DNA of 64,000 nucleotides from positions 1-64,000 of the IMG/VR virus record IMGVR_UViG_3300037067_006113. One strand, given 5' to 3'. The notes under the pieces are model-generated. The model was not told the origin of the DNA, searched no databases, and saw only the letters and a list, made by a program, of their open reading frames with translations. The position numbers and the translations under genes are program-made. This document shows, piece after piece, positions 37,282-45,864 of this stretch. Origin of the DNA: a virus. Lineage: Duplodnaviria > Caudoviricetes. Within the stretch, counting starts at the first letter, position 1. Every line of letters begins with the position of its first letter.

Positions 37282-37531
37282 AAAGAGCTGGTGATTGTGA
37301 GGCATACATTCTTGCCTTTAATTCTTGAGAATTAGATATATACCTCTGTAATTGTTCTTGTTTAAAATAATCTTGTATCAATAATGACCTATCGTCGAAA
37401 TCTTCAAATATAAATTCGGCCCTCTTACTTGTTCCCCATTCTATATCTATGACATTATGGTTATTCATCATTAACCAAACAGCAATATAAAAATTTGTTG
37501 TTCTATACATGTTTTCTTCTTTTGTTTTCAT
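37274..37531 (-). CDS. DUF5659-like phage protein
   Basis: YRTTNFYIAVWL...FIF...LKARMY pattern recognised from memory. Confidence 0.55.
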   Translation of the reverse strand: MKTKEENMYRTTNFYIAVWLMMNNHNVIDIEWGTSKRAEFIFEDFDDRSLLIQDYFKQEQLQRYISNSQELKARMYASQSPALYD

Positions 37532-37569
37532 AAATATCGCCTTAACATTTAATTAAATTTTATATTAAA

Positions 37570-37598
37570 ATTATATACTATGTATGTTTCTTTCTCAA
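37570..37598 (-). promoter_or_regulatory. Sigma70-type promoter of the recA-ssb operon
   Basis: TTGAGA-17-TATAAT. Confidence 0.65.
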
Positions 37599-37946
37599 TC
37601 TAATCCTTTTGGATTTTGTCATTTTTACTAATAATCGTAATCTTCTTTTAGTTTGTTCACTTCTCCTATAATTCTGAAATGTCCTTTCACCTTTCTTAAA
37701 CCTATAGGCGTACCCTAATTCCAGGTTTTTGTATGTACCTTTGTTATACACTGCTTCTTTAAGTTTGGCACGGACAGATTCTCCAATTAAAGGTTCCTTG
37801 AGGTTAATACCCCACTTAATTTTGTATTCTCGTGTAGTTATTTTGTGGTGTCTAGTTATATGACGCGCTAATGCTCTATACCACCTACCGCATTCTTCAC
37901 AGCGGTGTGCGTCAATTATTGGATCGTAATCAGGTTTTCCAAACAT
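37578..37946 (-). CDS. Ros/MucR-family zinc-finger DNA-binding protein
   Basis: CEECGRWYRALARHITRHHKITTREYKIKWGI. Confidence 0.8.
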   Translation of the reverse strand: MFGKPDYDPIIDAHRCEECGRWYRALARHITRHHKITTREYKIKWGINLKEPLIGESVRAKLKEAVYNKGTYKNLELGYAYRFKKGERTFQNYRRSEQTKRRLRLLVKMTKSKRIRLRKKHT

Positions 37947-38006
37947 ATTATTATAATGTTAATTTACTCTATAGAGCACCCTATAGCAAGGTGCTCAAAG
38001 AGTCAA

Positions 38007-38405
38007 TTAAAAACCGCGACTTGTGCCACCTCCAGAGAACATACCTCCTCCAAAACCACCAAATCCTCCTCCAAAACTACTACCACCAAAGATTGGTGTA
38101 GAAGGTACTGAAGGTATTGAAGGTGTATAGTGGAAGAAATCACTATCGTCGTCTTCGTTCTTATCTTCAAACCATTTATCTAATTTATCTCTAAATGTTG
38201 GTTTTTTTGGTACCTCACAATTCAGACAAATTGCCTCCTTAGTTTCTGGATTAGACAATCTAAGTCCTAATCTTTTAAGAGTAACTAAGTCACCAGGTGC
38301 TATTTGATCTGCATCGATATTGACCATTAAATGACCGCAGTCATTACACTTAATGACTTCTACATTCTGTTTTTGTAATTCTATTAAATCTCCTACTTTT
38401 GGCAT
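38007..38405 (-). CDS. Zinc-ribbon protein ending in a TPM/YgcG-type Gly-rich tail
   Basis: CNDC, CLNC; FGGGFGGFGGGMFSGGGTSRGF. Confidence 0.7.
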   Translation of the reverse strand: MPKVGDLIELQKQNVEVIKCNDCGHLMVNIDADQIAPGDLVTLKRLGLRLSNPETKEAICLNCEVPKKPTFRDKLDKWFEDKNEDDDSDFFHYTPSIPSVPSTPIFGGSSFGGGFGGFGGGMFSGGGTSRGF

Positions 38406-38406
38406 G

Positions 38407-38958
38407 TTATTTTTTCACCTCTTTACTAATTGCTTCGACTCCTGATAGAGCTCCACCATTCCAATCATTATTTCTTAAGAATGGAACAACAGATTCGTCA
38501 AGAATTCTTCCAGCTTTAGCGTCATTAATTACTTCTTCAAGACCTCTTCCTACTTCAATTCTGACTTTTCGATCTTCGGTTACAATTAAAAAGATAATTC
38601 CATTATCTTTTCCCTTATATCCAGGCTTCCATTTATCAGCTAATTTAATTGCATATTGTTCTACACTTAGTGGTTGAGTAGTTTTAACAGTTACTACTGC
38701 CACCTGAGCTGTTTGATCAAGTGCTTTTAAATCAGATTCAATCTTTTGTTTAGTTTCTTCCTTTAAAACACCCGACAGGTCAACTACATAACCAGTAGGT
38801 TCGGGCAATACCAATCCTTGTTGCACTTTAGTTTCATATTCATTAAAAGAAGATATAGGTTTTGAATTTCTAATTACTGCCGCTGATATTGCCATTCCGA
38901 ATACTAATACAAAAGCAACTACAATTAATAGTTCAACTAATGAAAATCCTTTTTTCAT
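38407..38958 (-). CDS. TPM (DUF477/YgcG) domain protein with a prepilin-type N-terminus
   Basis: KKG|FSLVELLIVVA; YVVDLSGVL, QVAVVTV, DNGIIFLI, RIEVGRGLE. Confidence 0.88.
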   Translation of the reverse strand: MKKGFSLVELLIVVAFVLVFGMAISAAVIRNSKPISSFNEYETKVQQGLVLPEPTGYVVDLSGVLKEETKQKIESDLKALDQTAQVAVVTVKTTQPLSVEQYAIKLADKWKPGYKGKDNGIIFLIVTEDRKVRIEVGRGLEEVINDAKAGRILDESVVPFLRNNDWNGGALSGVEAISKEVKK

Positions 38959-38959
38959 A

Positions 38960-39550
38960 CTATTTCACCTCCAAATCTACTTTAGGAGCTTGGCTAGCAT
39001 CCTGTGTCTGAACCGTAAATAATGGCTTTTCTAAAAAATTAAATACTATAGCTAAAACATTTTTTGGAAATCTCTTAATATCAATATTGTAATCTCTAGT
39101 AGCTTCATTATATCTTTCACGAGCTACAGTTACTCTATTTTCTGTTCCAGCTAATTCGTCCATTAAACCTTTAACAGTTTGGTCAGCTTTAAGATTTGGA
39201 TAATTTTCCATAATTACCATTAATCTAGATAAAGCACCTTCGAGTTGAGAAGTAGCTTGAACTTTATCTTCCGAACCCATTGGAGCGTTAGCATAGTGAG
39301 TACGAGCGTCAGCAATATCTTTATATACCGCCTGTTCATGTGCCATATATCCTTTAGTGGAATTAGCAAGATTCGGAATTAAGTCATAACGTCTTTGATA
39401 TTGAGTTTCAACCTGAGACCATAAAGTTGATACAGTTTCTCGTTCGGTAACCATTGAATTATAGGAACCAGTTACCCAAGAAAATAACGACATGCCAAAT
39501 ATAACAATAGCAACTAATACAGATAAAATAACTATTTTTGTCTTACTCAT
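38960..39550 (-). CDS. lemA: LemA family protein
   Basis: WSQVETQYQRRYDLIPNL, ENYPNLKA, ELAGTENR..AR..YN, FPKN. Confidence 0.95.
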   Translation of the reverse strand: MSKTKIVILSVLVAIVIFGMSLFSWVTGSYNSMVTERETVSTLWSQVETQYQRRYDLIPNLANSTKGYMAHEQAVYKDIADARTHYANAPMGSEDKVQATSQLEGALSRLMVIMENYPNLKADQTVKGLMDELAGTENRVTVARERYNEATRDYNIDIKRFPKNVLAIVFNFLEKPLFTVQTQDASQAPKVDLEVK

Positions 39551-39568
39551 TCTTATTCACCTCCTCAA

Positions 39569-39943
39569 TTAATAACCTATCGACTTTAATAAATCTATTC
39601 TTTGAATTTGTAAATCCTCGTCTTCTTTATTAACTCGGTCTAATAAAGTTTTGTATACTTCCATATTTTTATTGCTTTTCTCAAATGACGAACGAACAAT
39701 ACGATCCGAGTATTCAATTCTATATGACGTATTTCTATATAATTTTTCGTCGATTGATTTAATTTTTAACCATACAAGGTCGTGGTCACAGTTATTAACT
39801 ATGACTTCTTTTGGAACTTCCTTGGTAATAGTTTCTGTTTTACTTTTTGGGGCAATGATCATTCCTAGTAGGAATGCACAAAATATTACAACTATTGTTC
39901 TAGTCATACTCCATTTTTTATCTTCATTATATATATTATTCAT
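39569..39943 (-). CDS. Membrane-anchored hypothetical protein
   Basis: N-terminal TM; first gene after the promoter at 39964-39992. Confidence 0.6.
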   Translation of the reverse strand: MNNIYNEDKKWSMTRTIVVIFCAFLLGMIIAPKSKTETITKEVPKEVIVNNCDHDLVWLKIKSIDEKLYRNTSYRIEYSDRIVRSSFEKSNKNMEVYKTLLDRVNKEDEDLQIQRIDLLKSIGY

Positions 39944-39963
39944 AATTCTCTATTAACTTGTTA

Positions 39964-39992
39964 ATTATACACTAATTTTCTGTTTTTTGCAA
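39964..39992 (-). promoter_or_regulatory. Promoter of the lemA cassette
   Basis: TTGCAA-17-TATAAT. Confidence 0.65.
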
Positions 39993-40646
39993 TTTGTTTT
40001 TTAACTTATAGCGTCTTATCTTAATAAGAGCATTGCCAATGGCTAGTTTAGTCATACCAAAATGTTCGGACAATTCTTTATAGCTCATTCCTTTCTCTTT
40101 AAGTTCTAATATATTAGTATGTAGATTTAAAGTTTTATAATATAAACCTGGATTGTTATATCTAAATTTCCAATAATGTTTTTGACTGCAAAAAGAATGT
40201 TTACCATTTTTATATTTTCTATACCAATATGTATGAAATGGAGAATATTGTTTATTACAGTAACTACAAGTTAACATTCCTCGTCTTCGACTGGCGGCAG
40301 CTCTTTTTCTACAACGTTCAGAGCAATAAACCCACCTTCCGTTTGCATTATGGTTATATACTTTTTTACCACAAATTTTACATATAAATCTAAGTGCATT
40401 AAGTTTATTCTTTTTCTTTTCAATCATTTTTTTATGTATTTCCTCTTGTCTTCCGCTTGAATGACCTAGAACTTTTCTTACAATTTGTTCGGCTCTTTGT
40501 CTAGAAAAACCATATCTTTCTCCTATTTCCTCAAACCTCATTCCTTCATTAAATAGGTTGAATATTTCTATATCCCTTTTTGATATTATTTTTCTATTTT
40601 TCATATTATCGGCGACCCTTTCTTTTATCACTAGTTTTGATTTCAA
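39972..40646 (-). CDS. HTH (sigma70 region 4-like) plus zinc-finger DNA-binding protein
   Basis: FEEIGERYGFSRQRAEQI; CKIC..YCSERC; CSYC..FCS; C-terminal HTH. Confidence 0.7.
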   Translation of the reverse strand: MKSKLVIKERVADNMKNRKIISKRDIEIFNLFNEGMRFEEIGERYGFSRQRAEQIVRKVLGHSSGRQEEIHKKMIEKKKNKLNALRFICKICGKKVYNHNANGRWVYCSERCRKRAAASRRRGMLTCSYCNKQYSPFHTYWYRKYKNGKHSFCSQKHYWKFRYNNPGLYYKTLNLHTNILELKEKGMSYKELSEHFGMTKLAIGNALIKIRRYKLKNKLQKTEN

Positions 40647-41325
40647 TTACTCTGCACATTTCCATAATACGCGAAACAATCCTATCACCAAGTCTTTCTG
40701 ATAATTCGGATAAGGAATGATTACTAGTAATTATTGTTGGTTTCATATTTCCGTATCGTTCGTCAATTAATATATACATGGTTTCGGCTACCCACTCACT
40801 CGCTTTTTCAGCACCTAAATCGTCTAATACAAGAACTGGTAATTTAGCTAATCGATCAATAATAAGTTCGTTCTCGTATCCTTTACCGTCAAAATTTGCC
40901 TTAAGAGATAATAATAGTTTTGGTACTTTAACAAATTGCACACCTTCTACTTCCTGTGCAACCATAACTGCTAAATGTGTTTTACCAGTTCCAGCAGGTC
41001 CAAACAAATATAATCCTTTACCTTTATTTTTAATAAAGTCCAATATTGCCTCATATGCTTTTTTATTTCCGTCTTCAACTTTAAATTCAGGCAATTTCCA
41101 AAATCGTTCGTCTATACCAATATTAATAAATCGCTGAATTATTGATTTACATTCTTGGTGTATATCAGTTGCTACCCAATTATCAAATTCCCATTCTGGT
41201 TCGACTGGTTTATCACAAAAGGAACATTTATTCGGTTGTGGTTTTGGTACTTTAGATTGTTTATCTTTCAACAATGTCATCGTACTTTCCCTTTTCTGCT
41301 TGATCAGGGTGCTTATATCCTCCAT
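40606..41325 (-). CDS. DnaC/IstB-like helicase loader ATPase
   Basis: GPAGTGKTHLA, LVLDDLGAE, ITSN, DRIVSRI. Confidence 0.92.
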   Translation of the reverse strand: MEDISTLIKQKRESTMTLLKDKQSKVPKPQPNKCSFCDKPVEPEWEFDNWVATDIHQECKSIIQRFINIGIDERFWKLPEFKVEDGNKKAYEAILDFIKNKGKGLYLFGPAGTGKTHLAVMVAQEVEGVQFVKVPKLLLSLKANFDGKGYENELIIDRLAKLPVLVLDDLGAEKASEWVAETMYILIDERYGNMKPTIITSNHSLSELSERLGDRIVSRIMEMCRVIEIKTSDKRKGRR

Positions 41326-42037
41326 TGATACCTCCTTTGTTTTTTAAGTAATTTGCTTTAGCTATATCTAAATCGCGGAATTTTTCAAATCCCCGTATTA
41401 AAAAGTCATACAATGGCCATTTGTATTTAAAGAAATACTTTTCGTCATTAAGGATTTCTGCATAGTTATCAATGGTTGTTTTAATATCTTCAATTGAATA
41501 TCCTTCGGATAATCTCCCATTGATATGTTTCTCAATTCTTTCTCCTGTTGTACCAATTAAACTTTTGTGTTGAATAATATTTTTTGAATTCCAATGATCC
41601 AAAACCTGTATATATGTATCCTTTATATTATTATTATTTATACTATTATTATTTGGTAGGCGTTTTCGCCTAGTCTCACTTGGCGTTTTCGCCGAGTCAG
41701 AGTAGGTGTTTTCGCCTAGTCGGGTTTTCATCTTTCTGAATGTACCACCACTAGACTTAATAGTAAATTCAGCTTCAATTAAATCCTTATTTACAAGTGT
41801 GCTAACTGCTTTACTTATCCTATCAGAGTTTCTATCAAATATTTTTCCTAACTGCTGATTACTAAAATAAAACATTTCGTTACATGAGGTTGTATAATAT
41901 CTGACAAATCCATAAATCTTAGTTTCTAAATCACTCAATTTATATTTATTTTGAATGTATATATAAAACGGTATAAATTCGGGTGCATATATATTTGGTA
42001 GATTTTCCTGTACTTTTTCTATAACTATATCTTTCAT
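41261..42037 (-). CDS. Phage replication initiator (lambda O-like, N-terminal wHTH)
   Basis: FYFSNQQLG HTH, low-complexity NNNSINNN linker, upstream of the loader, internal iterons. Confidence 0.8.
   Translation of the reverse strand: MKDIVIEKVQENLPNIYAPEFIPFYIYIQNKYKLSDLETKIYGFVRYYTTSCNEMFYFSNQQLGKIFDRNSDRISKAVSTLVNKDLIEAEFTIKSSGGTFRKMKTRLGENTYSDSAKTPSETRRKRLPNNNSINNNNIKDTYIQVLDHWNSKNIIQHKSLIGTTGERIEKHINGRLSEGYSIEDIKTTIDNYAEILNDEKYFFKYKWPLYDFLIRGFEKFRDLDIAKANYLKNKGGINGGYKHPDQAEKGKYDDIVER
41659..41721. repeat. Three 17-bp iterons (putative replication origin)
   Basis: GGYGTTTTCGCCKAGTC at 41659, 41682 and 41705 (23-bp period), next to an AT-rich tract. Confidence 0.85.
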
Positions 42038-42366
42038 ATTTTTGTATTTAATGATTCTGCCTTTATCTTTTGTAGGATTTTTTCTACTTCAGATTCAGCA
42101 GTAATTTCAATAGACTTTATATCATTCTTATATTTAACAAATTGTAAATCGTAGCAAATTGGGCAATATTGGTCGGGATAGTCACCAAACTCATTAGGAT
42201 CGCTATGGTAACATTTGCTAAATGTTCCACTACATATGTGCCTACCACATCGAACGCACTTGGACATGTAACTACTTTCTTTACCACAAATATCACATAC
42301 ATATACTTCTTTTTCAACTTCTCTAGCTTTTTGTGCGGGTATAATTACTGTTTTTGTTTTAATCAT
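42034..42366 (-). CDS. Cys-rich zinc-binding hypothetical protein
   Basis: Multiple CxxC motifs. Confidence 0.6.
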   Translation of the reverse strand: MIKTKTVIIPAQKAREVEKEVYVCDICGKESSYMSKCVRCGRHICSGTFSKCYHSDPNEFGDYPDQYCPICYDLQFVKYKNDIKSIEITAESEVEKILQKIKAESLNTKI

Positions 42367-42372
42367 ATTTAA

Positions 42373-42451
42373 TATATGGGGCTTGCGTCTTATCCTCCAA
42401 ACATAGGAGTGGATAGATATTGGTTCGTTACCTACACCAAAACCCCATATA
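42373..42451 (-). promoter_or_regulatory. Three-way-junction RNA element upstream of the replication genes
   Basis: TATATGGGGTTT/AAGCCCCATATA closing stem with two inner hairpins. Confidence 0.55.
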
Positions 42452-42464
42452 GATTTAACTTAAA

Positions 42465-43331
42465 CTAATTAAACGGTATATCTTCAGTCGTTTCTTGGTT
42501 TTGTTTAGCTTTACTTTGTTGTTTAGGTGATCTCATGGATATAGTTCCATTTATATCAACATCATCAACATTATATCCTTTACAGTCTTTATTAGATCTC
42601 CAATTCGGACATGACCAGAAGATTCCACTTCCGTCTTTCCTTTGAAGTAAAGACATAGTTGCACCACAATTAGGACACTTAGGAGCAACTTGTGTAGGAT
42701 CCATACCATATTTAGCCATTAACTCTTGTTGAGTTGGATATTGGTTTCTTGGTGCACCACTAGATTGAGCAACTTGACTACGAGTTTGGTTTACAACTTG
42801 AGGTGTTAATTGTTTAACATGACCTTTTTTAATCCATTCAGTAATCATTTTTGCTACCATATCACTTGGAAATAACTGATTAAGTGCGTTACGTTGAGCT
42901 TTAGACATAGCCTTTGCTGACGCAAATCTGTCTTCAACTTCACCACCGCTTCTAGTTTTCATCATAGTATATCCGCGAGCCATACCCCATGAACCGATCT
43001 TTCTCAGTTTATCGTAAGCATATGCTGCGACATCAATAAAACCATCACCTGGAATAACTTTTAAATCCTCAGTTACTGTCATATCAGTAATTCCATTGCG
43101 ATTTAATTCCCACCAAACAGCTTTAGTCCCTTTCCAGCTCAATCCAGTAATATCTTTACCAGTGGCTCTATCAGGAAATGAATAAACAAATGTTTCCATA
43201 TCTTGGGGACTAAGTTTACCTTCTAGTTCGTCAATCATTTGAACCTCGTCAACCGAATCCATAGCCTCATAGGCTGTTAATTCAGTTACTTCAGTTTCAG
43301 GCGTTTCGACTTTATTTTCTTTATTTGACAT
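42465..43331 (-). CDS. Putative ssDNA-annealing protein with a C4 zinc ribbon
   Basis: AMSKAQRNAL, CPNCG..M..R..FWSC..C (topoisomerase-type zinc ribbon), SSB-like EDIPF tail. Confidence 0.55.
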   Translation of the reverse strand: MSNKENKVETPETEVTELTAYEAMDSVDEVQMIDELEGKLSPQDMETFVYSFPDRATGKDITGLSWKGTKAVWWELNRNGITDMTVTEDLKVIPGDGFIDVAAYAYDKLRKIGSWGMARGYTMMKTRSGGEVEDRFASAKAMSKAQRNALNQLFPSDMVAKMITEWIKKGHVKQLTPQVVNQTRSQVAQSSGAPRNQYPTQQELMAKYGMDPTQVAPKCPNCGATMSLLQRKDGSGIFWSCPNWRSNKDCKGYNVDDVDINGTISMRSPKQQSKAKQNQETTEDIPFN

Positions 43332-43350
43332 AATTTCTTTTCACCACCTT

Positions 43351-44322
43351 TCAAACCTTAAATTTAGAGAAATCTATCTCATTATATTTATTAATTATCA
43401 AATCAATTATGGATTCAATTTTATTTAAAACATACATATAATATTCATGTGTTGCAGTTGGATCATTAATAGTTTTAGTAACTAATGGATCCTCTGAAAA
43501 GAACCTAAAGGAATCAAAGTTATATAATATATTTGCAGCAACCATTAATGGAAGTGAGTCCTTTTCGAGTAATGGTGTTATGCCACCAGACGATATATTG
43601 TCGATTGTTTTAGCAAAAAATCCTGCTGATACCAGTTTTTCTATAATCGTTTGGAATTTAGCACTTCCTTCATTAAATTGTTGAAAGTTAGATTGAGCAA
43701 GAAAATCAGATAAACTTTGTTCTTTGTTTGTTTCCATTCCAGGACAAGATCCTTTAGCGTCTTCTTGAAATATCCACGTATCTTTAGTTTCTTTGGTATC
43801 TTTATTTATTTCCTTAATTCTACCACACGGAAATAAACGACAGATTAATGGTCTATCTCTGTGAACTGCACATATCCAACGATCAATAGAAACTCCGTCA
43901 ATATGTTTTAATAAACTTTTTGGATCTATTTCATATTCTTTTTTAATTTCTTCTAATTGTTTGGGATCTTTAACAATTTCTTCAATTCTCGATATTACGC
44001 TTTCTATTTTCATAGCAGGTGACAAGAATGGACATTTACTTAGTTTTTCTGTATCCTGTTCAAAATTGAGAATAGCAACTGGTAGACCAGAAGAAGGACC
44101 AATATATATATCGACGAATTTATTTTGGATTATTTCTTGAGTAGTCATTCCTAGAGCATGTCTAAGACGAATCATATCATAGCTATTAATTAGAATATCG
44201 TTTTTGAAACAACATTTTCCACACATTGTACAGTCAAACTTAATCTTATCATTCATATTAATGGTTTTTTGTTTACCAGACTTAATGTCTTCTACAAGGT
44301 TTTTTTGCTCTTTTAAATTCAT
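43351..44322 (-). CDS. YkgJ-family CxxCxxCC (Zn/Fe-S) protein
   Basis: FDCTMCGKCC, CPFL, CAVHRDRPLICRLFP. Confidence 0.85.
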   Translation of the reverse strand: MNLKEQKNLVEDIKSGKQKTINMNDKIKFDCTMCGKCCFKNDILINSYDMIRLRHALGMTTQEIIQNKFVDIYIGPSSGLPVAILNFEQDTEKLSKCPFLSPAMKIESVISRIEEIVKDPKQLEEIKKEYEIDPKSLLKHIDGVSIDRWICAVHRDRPLICRLFPCGRIKEINKDTKETKDTWIFQEDAKGSCPGMETNKEQSLSDFLAQSNFQQFNEGSAKFQTIIEKLVSAGFFAKTIDNISSGGITPLLEKDSLPLMVAANILYNFDSFRFFSEDPLVTKTINDPTATHEYYMYVLNKIESIIDLIINKYNEIDFSKFKV

Positions 44323-44345
44323 AATTCTCCATTAATTTTCAATTA

Positions 44346-44374
44346 ATTATATCATAAAGTAATTTAGACCTCAA
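44346..44374 (-). promoter_or_regulatory. Sigma70-type promoter
   Basis: TTGAGG-17-TATAAT with TG extension. Confidence 0.65.
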
Positions 44375-44907
44375 TGTCTTAATCCTTTAATTTGCAGAAT
44401 TTTACCAAATACAAAACCCATTCTTTCCATAATACTTAAAGGAACAGCTTTACAAACAGTTGTATATTTTGTTCCATCTGGCTTTTGGTTTATACTTTCA
44501 ATTGTTTTTAATGACCAAAAGTATGAGTTTATATCTTTCACCCACTCTTTTATCTTTTGAGCATATAGAAACCATATTCCTTTAGTTGGAAATAGATACG
44601 CTAATAATGTACTTTCCGAATCATATATCCAACCTTTTCTACCAGATTCTTTGTTACTTAAATACTCAATTAAAATGTCATCATAATCAACCCGTCTCAC
44701 TTTCTCGTCAATTATTTCCACATTACCATTATTAAAGTGTAAATGAACATCATGACCTTTATACTGTAATTCTTGGTTATTAATAACTTCTATTTTATTC
44801 AATCCTCTAAAGTACGTTTTATATAACGCATTGAACCTGTTTCGACTTCTTTCTTCAAAGTCTTTATCCTGTTTGTAATTGCGATATATCGGTAGCATTT
44901 TTGTCAT
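44371..44907 (-). CDS. Putative PD-(D/E)XK restriction-like endonuclease
   Basis: QYKGHD...IDEK...ILIE...GW; overlaps the MT-A70 gene. Confidence 0.6.
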   Translation of the reverse strand: MTKMLPIYRNYKQDKDFEERSRNRFNALYKTYFRGLNKIEVINNQELQYKGHDVHLHFNNGNVEIIDEKVRRVDYDDILIEYLSNKESGRKGWIYDSESTLLAYLFPTKGIWFLYAQKIKEWVKDINSYFWSLKTIESINQKPDGTKYTTVCKAVPLSIMERMGFVFGKILQIKGLRH

Positions 44908-45859
44908 TTCCCCATGTTGTCCACCCTTGACGTGTCGTTCTAGCAAAAAGTTCTAAGTATTTACCATTCGGACATAGTCTTTCTATAAGTGAATAGTAAT
45001 AGTCTGGTTTCTTACTGTGGCTTGTTCTCTGTTCTCTATATACTGAACTTTCCCTAACTGATTCTGGTGGTGCGGGATATGTTCCTTTAACTCCAACTAA
45101 AAGTAACTCATGTTGTCCTCTTGCCCAATATCCCATTCCAATAATTTCTTTATCCCAAATCATATTAGTTTTGTATTCAAATCCCCATGATTCCATAACC
45201 TTTAAAGCCTCACGTAATTTTGGTGCTGTAGCCCATAAAAATAAAACTGCATTATCAGCAGAAGGAATCTGTAATTGCTCAATATCATTAACTTCCATTG
45301 TAGGATATTGATTTTCAATTTCTCTTTCAGCAGTTTCAGAAAAATCATATTTCCAAGGTGGATCAGCATAAATTACGTCAAACTCCCCATCTGGTAAATC
45401 GTTTGGTGACAATTGTCTTAAGTTATATTTATATTCTTTGACCATTTTTCTAATATCGCGAGTTGATAACTTATTCTTTTCAGCCAAATCTAATATTTTA
45501 TCTTGTTCTTCTGGGTCTAAATATGCTACTTCTGTATGATCTTTAAAATCTAAGTCATCACGCCGGCGTGACAACTCAATATGTGCAGCTACTGAAGCAA
45601 AGTTTCTAAGGGTTCCATATGCAAAATCGGTTTCATCCAATGCTTGGCTATACTTTTCCCCATATTTATTTTCGCCATAGTTAAGCCAATCCCCAAGCCA
45701 AAAACCAACTGATTTATTTATATGTCTTAAGAAGATTCCACAGTTTTCCCAATCTTCAAATGTCGGATTTCCTATTGGTTCTAAACCATTTTTAAGTAAC
45801 CTAAAACTCGAATATTCAATACTTTTATCTTTCGCTAATTTAGTAATATCATTAGTCAT
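44864..45859 (-). CDS. MT-A70 family N6-adenine methyltransferase with an N-terminal extension
   Basis: FDVIYADPPWKY, YPTM, LFLWAT, WGFEYK, HSKKP, LELFAR. Confidence 0.92.
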   Translation of the reverse strand: MTNDITKLAKDKSIEYSSFRLLKNGLEPIGNPTFEDWENCGIFLRHINKSVGFWLGDWLNYGENKYGEKYSQALDETDFAYGTLRNFASVAAHIELSRRRDDLDFKDHTEVAYLDPEEQDKILDLAEKNKLSTRDIRKMVKEYKYNLRQLSPNDLPDGEFDVIYADPPWKYDFSETAEREIENQYPTMEVNDIEQLQIPSADNAVLFLWATAPKLREALKVMESWGFEYKTNMIWDKEIIGMGYWARGQHELLLVGVKGTYPAPPESVRESSVYREQRTSHSKKPDYYYSLIERLCPNGKYLELFARTTRQGWTTWGNDKNATDISQLQTG

Positions 45860-45864
45860 ATCGA

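Noticed and set aside
41659-41721. Repeats as a mini CRISPR array
   Set aside because: 17-bp units with 6-bp gaps inside a coding gene fit iterons; no cas genes
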